This document shows, in pieces, positions 56,171 through 64,000 of a stretch of DNA of 64,000 nucleotides; positions within the stretch are counted from its first letter, which is position 1, and every line of letters starts with the position of its first letter. This DNA is from the human T2T-CHM13v2.0 reference genome, Homo sapiens: assembly GCF_009914755.1 (NCBI RefSeq), contig NC_060937.1. The stretch is one strand, 5' to 3'. The notes under the pieces are model-generated. The model made no database searches. It was not told the origin of the DNA and saw only the letters and a list, made by a program, of their open reading frames with translations. A program made the translations under genes and the position numbers.

Positions 56171-56496
56171 ACTTCCTATTGTGTTTCCAATCTGCCTTTT
56201 TCTAGCATAGCTACTTTGTTAACAAAAAAGTTTGCTTTAAAAATACAAATCTGATGGTGGAATTTTCCTAAGCAAAATATTGCAGTAGCTTGTTGATACT
56301 TTTATGCTATAATTAAAAATATAACTATGACATAAAATGATATGAATTCGGGTTCCTGCTTGTTGCAGTCAAATTTGTTTTTGTTTATTCCCTGTGCAAC
56401 AAATACTTAATATGAAATTTATAGTATAGCAGGCACTGTCCTAGTGCAGGGGAGTCCCATGTTTTTATGAAGTTTTGCTCTAGTGGAATGTCCCAT

Positions 56497-56705
56497 TTGT
56501 GTGTATTTGGCATATGTGTATGTGCATGTGTTATATGTTTATGTATACACATGCAGGCCTGTATACGCACATATATATGTGTATACATGTTTGTATGCAT
56601 ACATGAACTATATATGGATTGTGTGCATAAATACATGCATGCATACTTCTATGTATACATGTACATGTATGAGTGTATGCATACTTGTATACATATATGT
56701 GTGAG
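56497..56705. repeat. Degenerate (TG/TA/CA)n purine-pyrimidine tract
   Basis: alternating RY low-complexity sequence. Confidence 0.9.
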
Positions 56706-56755
56706 TAATATAGATGACAGTGTTTCTTTCACTTGTCCACGTCTTATTCTTTGTC

Positions 56756-57052
56756 TTTTTTTTTTTTTTTGAGACAGAGTCTCACTCTGCTGTCCAGGCT
56801 GGAGTGCAGTGGCGTGATCACAGCTCACTGCAACATCTGCCTTCTGGGCTAGGGTGATCCTCCCACCTCAGCCTCTTGAGTAGCTGGGACCACAGACGTT
56901 CATCACCATGCTGGGCTAATTTTTGTATTTTTTTGTAGAGACAGGATTTCACTGTGTTCCCAGGCTGGTCTCGAACTGTCATAAGCTCAAGAAATCTGCC
57001 TGCATCTGCCTCCCAAAGTGCTAGAACTGCATGCGTGAGCCACAGCAAAGCG
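56756..57052 (-). mobile_element. AluJ
   Basis: gatcacagctcactgc, gatcctcccacctcagcc. Confidence 0.92.
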
Positions 57053-59399
57053 CCCTAAACTTTATCTTTATTCACACTCTTCTATCTCCCAGAATGTATT
57101 TTGCTCTTTTGAACTACATAGTAAAACTTGTCACTTCTTCCCAATAAAAAATTTGAATATTTGTAGCTATAGAAGAACTAGTCTCCCAATTCTTCAGAGC
57201 TCCCGTGCATATATGTTTGCTCTGACCATATTGTCTAACATACAGTAATTGCATATATATTGTGTAGTGATTTTTAGTTTACTTCATACATCTTTGATTT
57301 TATATTGAGAGCTTGAAAGCGAGTAATGTAGCATTGTGCTCCTGGTATATTTTCCAATGTGGAGGATAGGAAAATTTACGAATATGCCAAATATGTTTGA
57401 AAACATATAGAAGATAGGAAATTAGCTATAGAAAATTATTATGTGTAATCTATTGATGATAAGATATTATAGAACATTCAATGCCTAATGATTGAAGAGG
57501 GGAGAAAAAAATGAGAATATGTTGGAGCATATTTGATATTCATCTATATCCTGAATAAAGAGTCCACTTTGGCAAAAACATTAATATGAGTTTTCTAGGT
57601 TTCAATGCAAGTGGAGCTGCCCATCAATAAGTGAAACGTGCGTATTGATAACATGGGCATTGTTAGTTTATACAGGTGATATATATTTCAAATATATATA
57701 TAACTCATTTTACATATATATAAATATATATAACTCAGATTTCTGGATTAGAGCCAACTGCTTAATTAGACCAATAATTTACCTACAAAATACCTTAGTG
57801 GTGATTCCTCATGCCCTATTTTTCATTTAGGAGAAAGTGACAAGGCGGACATTATTTTCCTTTACAGGGAGCCTGTAGTAAGTATGAGAAACCCCAAAAT
57901 TATTAATTTCTGATCTGATACAGACAAGTTTACATGGCTGCTGTTCCTCCTCACTGGAGGAGAGGGAGAATTCTTACCTTTCTTAAGTAAACAAGTTCTC
58001 TATGGGAAAACGGAGATTGTTTTCCAGGATGGCAGAAAAATGCTCCATGAGTGATAAACCTGGATATCTCCCTGGAAATCTCAATCTTTAACTTCCAGGA
58101 CTTGTTTGTCATGTGCTTATTCTTTCACTCATGTTGCCTATGTATTTTACTCAAAAAGATCTGATCAGGCAGAAACAAACATTTTCACATAGAATGGTTT
58201 TACAGCATACAAAATACCCATAATATTTTTAAAGTATTCATAAAATTAAATGTTGTTGTGTACCTTCATTTACAGTTGACATTTCAAGAGTTCTTTCAAG
58301 TACATATAACATTTTTCAGAGTCACAAAGACACATGACATTTTTCTTCACTGTCATGAATGTTTTATGAAATTTATAAAATTCAGATAAAAATCTACATG
58401 GGAATTATACAATTATACATCAAGAGAAATCCCAATCTCATAGATTAAAAAATCAGAAGTCCTAGTTATCAAGAAAAACAAGGAAGTTATTTTGGAATTA
58501 ATATCATTCAATACTCAGAAACACATAGAAAATGAAAGGCAAATTTTAGAAAATTAAGAATATAGAATAAAATAGCTAAAGGGTAAATAAGTGTATATGG
58601 CTATTGTATATTTATTTCACACAAGGATTAATTTACTAAACACTTTTTGTGTCTTGCATAACAATCTCTCTCAATACTGGGAATCCAGTGATCTATAAAA
58701 TACCTTGTCACAGTAGGATGCACATTTAGAAAAGAAAAATGTTAATCATGTGTTGCAATTTTCCGTGCTACTTACATATAGGACTTTCATTTGTTTTTGT
58801 TTGTTTGTTTAGTAATAAGTTTCTCCTTATTACTCCAGGAGAAAACATTAAAAATTGTTGAATATTTTGAAGACATTATTTCTTTTGTTTTATCCAAGTG
58901 AGAATTTGTGAGCTTACTTTCTTCAGTGAAATGGTGTTTCTCTGTTTTATTATTTCTAAAGATGATTTGTATTAACATTTATCCTATTTGAATTAATGAT
59001 ATTTTGTGCATAGAAAGAGAGTAGCCAACATTTCTGTGATGACCTCACCTTTTTGTTTGGTAGGTAATTTTGATATTCTTTTTCACAAATATAATCTACA
59101 ATTGTTTATCCTCTTAATCTGAAAGATAAATAAAGAAACATATCTTTTGATATCAGGCTAAGATGTTTCATCATTACATTTCTGAATAAGTTGTAGACTA
59201 TTCTGTATGAAGTAAAACTAAGGGGTAGTATGAAAAAAACTAGTATAGATATTACCAAATATGCTTTCAAAAATAATTTTTAGCTTTTTTTAGATCTTTA
59301 TTTATTGTATTTTCTGAGCACAGTCCTGTTTCTAATGTACTCCTTGGCATGACAATTCTGTAATATTAGTACCAAAACTTTCAAAAGCTATTCCACAGA

Positions 59400-59685
59400 G
59401 AGGTAGTAGCATAATGACCATAGAAACTAAAAGTGTACCCTAAGGAACAAATTCCATACATTCGAATTTCAGCTCCACTACTTCCCGGCTTTGTAACTTT
59501 GACAAATTATAGAATATATTACTTTGAAGTCTCAATTCTCTCCCCCATCCTCTCCTATATAAAATGACAATTGTAAAAGTATTTAGAGCAGAGTTATTAT
59601 ATGGATTTATTAAGGATTAAGAGATTAAGGGAGTTAATACATGTAAACTGTCTAAAAAGCTCTAAATAAATGTTGTTTCTTATTG
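59400..59685 (+). mobile_element. MIR relic
   Basis: ttcgaatttcagctccactactt...tgtaactttgacaaatt, gagttaatacatgtaaa, taaataaatgtt. Confidence 0.65.
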
Positions 59686-59909
59686 CATTCTCTTATGCCA
59701 TCCTAAGCCCTAGTGTTATTCTTTTCATTAGGCTGGCAGGAGAAAAGATAAGGAAGGCTATGTGTCCAGTTAGCTGTCTTGGAAGTTTTAGTTTCTAATC
59801 CTCACCTTCTATTGATTAATATATCTGTTTCTTATTTATAAAGTGTGATACTTCATCTTTTGGCACTTGATTTTTAAACTTCCTGTTTCTATATATCTAC
59901 AGAACACTC

Positions 59910-60327
59910 TGTAATGGTCAGTTTTATGTGTCAATTTGGCTAGTTCTAGTTTCTAGTTGTTTAGTCAAACATCAATTTAGGTGTGACAATGAAGGTATTT
60001 CATAGAGCTGACTGAAGTGTGTAATTAGATGACTTCAAGTTACTTGAAGTCTAGAATATCTCCTCGATATTCTAGGCAGGACTGACTCAATCGGTTGAAA
60101 AGCCTGAAGACATCACTGAGGTTTCCATAAGAATAAGGAACTTATGCTTGTGCATAGCTGCTTTAGCTTGTATCTGACAGTTCCTGCGTGCCTTTCTGAT
60201 GAGGTACTTGCTGGATTTCAGACTTGCTTTACCAGCCTATACAATAGCATAAGCCAATACCTTGCAATGCATCTTTGAATCTTTATTCTACTAGTTCTAT
60301 TTCTCTGGTTGAATCCTGACTGATACA
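59910..60327 (+). mobile_element. MLT2 (D/E-like) solo LTR
   Basis: tgtaatggtcagttttatgtgtcaatttggc start; ttctctggttgaatcctgactgataca end. Confidence 0.85.
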
Positions 60328-61159
60328 CAATAATAAATTGGCTTGCTATACTACTGGACTCTGAGCAGTTCATGTACTTCAACAGTCAATTTCCTAAAGC
60401 TCAATGTAATACTTTTCTGGAATTGCAGTTATACTTGAAATATTCTTTTTAGAAACTGACTTTGAACTTATAATCAACACTTTCTTTCTAAGACAAAAAA
60501 CAAAACAAAACAAAACAAAAAACTGATGAACATATAAAATCTGCTTTATCAGTCTTACATGCCTGAAATAATTAACTGATGTGTCTGGTATATTTTACAA
60601 ATGCTCTCATTTATTTCTCTTTCTTTTTCTTTCTTTTTTTCTTTATAGCTGCAGCTTTCAAAAGATAGGCTTTATAACGAAGAGAAAAATGAACTTACTA
60701 ACACCCAGTGCATTTAATCTCACTTGATTTGTAAAAATAAGGCCGAAGACCTGTGATATTTTACTCCTTATCCTTTTAGAGAGAGAGTCTATATTCATTA
60801 CATTGATGGGGATAATCAAGTTTATTATGTTTATTTTCACACTACTTTCTTAATAACTATAAGAAGTAAATTTATTAAGAACTTAGTATTTACTAGGCAA
60901 CGGGCTTAGCATTATATGTAGGTTTTCTCTTAGAAATAATCTTTTCAATTATTGTTTTTTGACAACTATGAACGTCAAAATCATGGATGAATTTCTATTC
61001 TTACTAATTGGACATTTATATAATATGAGCACAGTACGCTTAACAACATACACATAAAATGCAAACTTTATTTTAAGGTGTGGGGTGCAGGGAAGGAAGA
61101 AAGAAGAAATGAGGTGAGCAGAGGGAAGGAGAAAAAGAAATATTCTCTTTCCTTTATAA

Positions 61160-61466
<307 letters not shown>

Positions 61467-61669
61467 AGGGGAAATTCTTTATAGAGTGTGAAAAATACAT
61501 GTATTTTTACGTGTATTTAAATAAATGTAATAAAGACTAATATATGTATATACACATGTGTATATATATGTAAATGCATATATATGTACTGTACATGTGT
61601 ATACATATACTTACTTTCTGTCTGTATTCAATGGGAGGAACTATGAGAAAAAAAAATTCTCTTATCAAT

Positions 61670-61800
61670 TAGCATATCCAGCAACCAGATCTTGCTTTCT
61701 ACATACTACTTTCTACTAAAAGCAACCCTGAAATTAAATAGAGAAATGCCTGATTCCAGGGCTGGGGCAGGGAAATAATCATTAAACATTTGTTGAAACA
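61670..61800 (+). mobile_element. L1MC 3'UTR fragment
   Basis: ccagatcttgctttct...gagaaatgcctgattccagggctggggcagg. Confidence 0.65.
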
Positions 61801-62502
61801 TATGCTGTTAGACTCTCCAAGAGCAATACAAGAAGCTGTAGCCAAACTGCCTTCACGTATGGGACATAAAATCTATGATGATGAAGAAAGATTTATGCTA
61901 TTTGAATAAAGAGGAAGTGTAAAAAATAGAATAATGGAAAGGAAATTGGAATAAGAAGGAGCTAAATCAACTGGAAATAGTCAAGTTATTCATAAAGAAG
62001 GGGACAAAACCAAAGGATATTCAGGAGTTTACTACTGGAGACTTTTTCACACATTAACACTGTCTGTGAGGAAGGCAATTACACCAGTTCAAGCAATCAC
62101 CCTTGACTAAAAGGCTCCATTATACCATCTTTATTTATTCCAGATTGAATAAATTGAAATAAAATTTTGCTGAAAGAGACTAAGAAATTAAAATATTAGC
62201 TCAGATGCTAAATTCAGCATCTCTGTTTAGTTAATGGAAGAAAAACATGATTAATTGGAGAGCTGGGGATTTTTTCGTCTGAACTGCAGTAAAGAATATA
62301 GAAAAGAAGATACAGTTGAAGTCAAAACGTTGGGATTGGGTGAACAAAGGTTTTGGAATTATTGAATCCTACTATCCAATATGCTCTAATACATGCCGAA
62401 TAATGGAAGAGCAATTGCAAACGACCAAAAGTTGAAGCTGGAAGATACACTGATTATATGGTTTAAGGCACTATGTTTATAATAAAATTATAGGTTAAAA
62501 GA

Positions 62503-62975
62503 TGTGAAAGTAAAATAAATTTTGGGGCCCCCAAATCACTAAGCTAAAGGGAAAAAGTCAAGCTGGGAAGTGTTTAGGGCCAACCTGCCTCCCATTCTAT
62601 TAGACTTCAAGCCCTCTGCTCACTGAGATAAATGCATATCTGATTGACTCCTTTGGAGAGGCAAATCAGAAACTCAAAAGAATGCAACCATTTGTCTCTT
62701 ACCTACCTGTGACCTGGAAGCCCCCTCCCTGCTTTGAGCTTCCCACCTTTGCTTTGAGTTGTCCCCTTTTTTCTGGATCGAACCAGTGTTCATCTTACCT
62801 ATGTTGATTGATGTCTCATGTCTCCCTAAAACGTATACCACCAAATTGTGCTTTGACCACCTTGGGCACATATCGTCAGGACCTCCTGAGGCCGTTTCAT
62901 GAGCACGCATCCTCAACTTGGCAAAATGAAATTTCTAAATTAACTGAGAACTGTCTCCAATTTTCAGAGTTCACA
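62503..62975 (+). mobile_element. MER4A1-like ERV1 solo LTR
   Basis: tgtgaaagtaaaataaattttgggg...tcactaagctaaagggaaaa start, gagttcaca end, perfect 4-bp TSD aaga. Confidence 0.9.
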
Positions 62976-64000
62976 AAGATAGCAAAGTAAAATATAAGCA
63001 ACCCAGCTATAACTTGTGGTAGCATCACCTATGCCTGACTGCTTAATTTAAATAAATATGATGTGTGAGGAAGATTTAATATTATTATATTTGTGTGTTA
63101 AAACAAAGTTACAAATCCCTCACCCAGCTTTACTTTTCAGGCTACATTAAGAAAATGCTCATTTCTAACAGACATAAAGCATTATTAAATCTTGGGAGGA
63201 GAATAAGATGACTATTTGTATTTACTTTATGAAAGTGTCACTCTTTCCTAAATATCTTGTCTTTATTTTACTTTCACAGAGAATCTGAAAATTGAAATAA
63301 CAAAAAACTCATGGTAAAATACTTTACATACAAATTCAGATATATCTGTACAGTTCAAATATTAGCTGAAGAAAACTATTATTTAGCCTCACATTTAAAT
63401 ATTGTCCTTGTATGTTTTTAATAATTTGTTTTATTGACTATATTTAAGTAATATATTCAAGTGAGATCAAAGTGTATCACATTTCCCTAGTTCTGCATAG
63501 GCACTCTGAGAGAGATTTTGCTTCTATTTCATTTTAGAAAGATGTGGAGATAGGTAAATCATTTACCAGTTTTTGGAATTTTGATAATTTCTCTACAGTG
63601 AAGGAATTGTTTCTCCCAGTCTTTATTTTCCTTCTTCTTATATAGTCAAATCAAAGTTACTCTGAATTAACCTGTAGAATTTAACATATTTCAATGTGTA
63701 GAGCTCCACAAGACCACCTTTACTTTCCATGAATACAGATTGAGAGGTAAGTGCCTGAATCCAACACATTAGCAAAATGTAGGATTGGATAGATTAAATA
63801 AAGCATATGAGCCCCATGAGGCATGGTGATATTTTTACCATTTTTTAGCTTACTGTGTAACTAAATAACGTAAAATATTTTGATATCACTTCACTATTAA
63901 GTGTTCCAAGATAGCAAGCCACTTTAATAAGATTCATATGATACTATGATTATAAACATATGAGTTACTTTCATGTACATATTTCTGTATATAATTTTGT

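Noticed and set aside
56385-56772. Cys/Tyr/His-rich ORFs
   Set aside because: Translations of the alternating purine-pyrimidine simple repeat
61491-61570. 18- and 20-bp palindromes
   Set aside because: They lie in or beside TA/CA low-complexity sequence, where palindromes arise trivially

Overview
AT-rich primate genomic DNA, most likely human or another ape (AluY and L1PA2/3-type elements are present). I found no recognisable protein-coding gene, RNA gene or CpG island. Roughly half of the window is interspersed repeat: about 20 Alu/FLAM/FAM copies, L1s of several ages, a full-length LTR-int-LTR THE1 MaLR, solo LTRs (MER4A1, MER52, MER67/31-type, MLT1, MLT2, ERVL-type), DNA transposons (Tigger2a, MER1B), MIR/L2 relics and a 29-bp minisatellite. 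Most listed ORFs are repeat-derived or chance. Structure not explained by repeat families: (1) a set of local inverted duplications of different divergence (9759-9861, 19564-19758, 23377-23717, 28503-28528, 60031-60051), (2) templated or permuted local insertions, (3) a ~5 kb patch where old repeats keep unusually many CpGs, and (4) L1 insertion oddities (3' transduction, twin-priming inversions, a composite L1). I cannot support a claim of a new biological system; the best candidates are listed as findings with tests. Repeat subfamily names come from recalled consensus sequences, not a database search, and boundaries of old elements are approximate.
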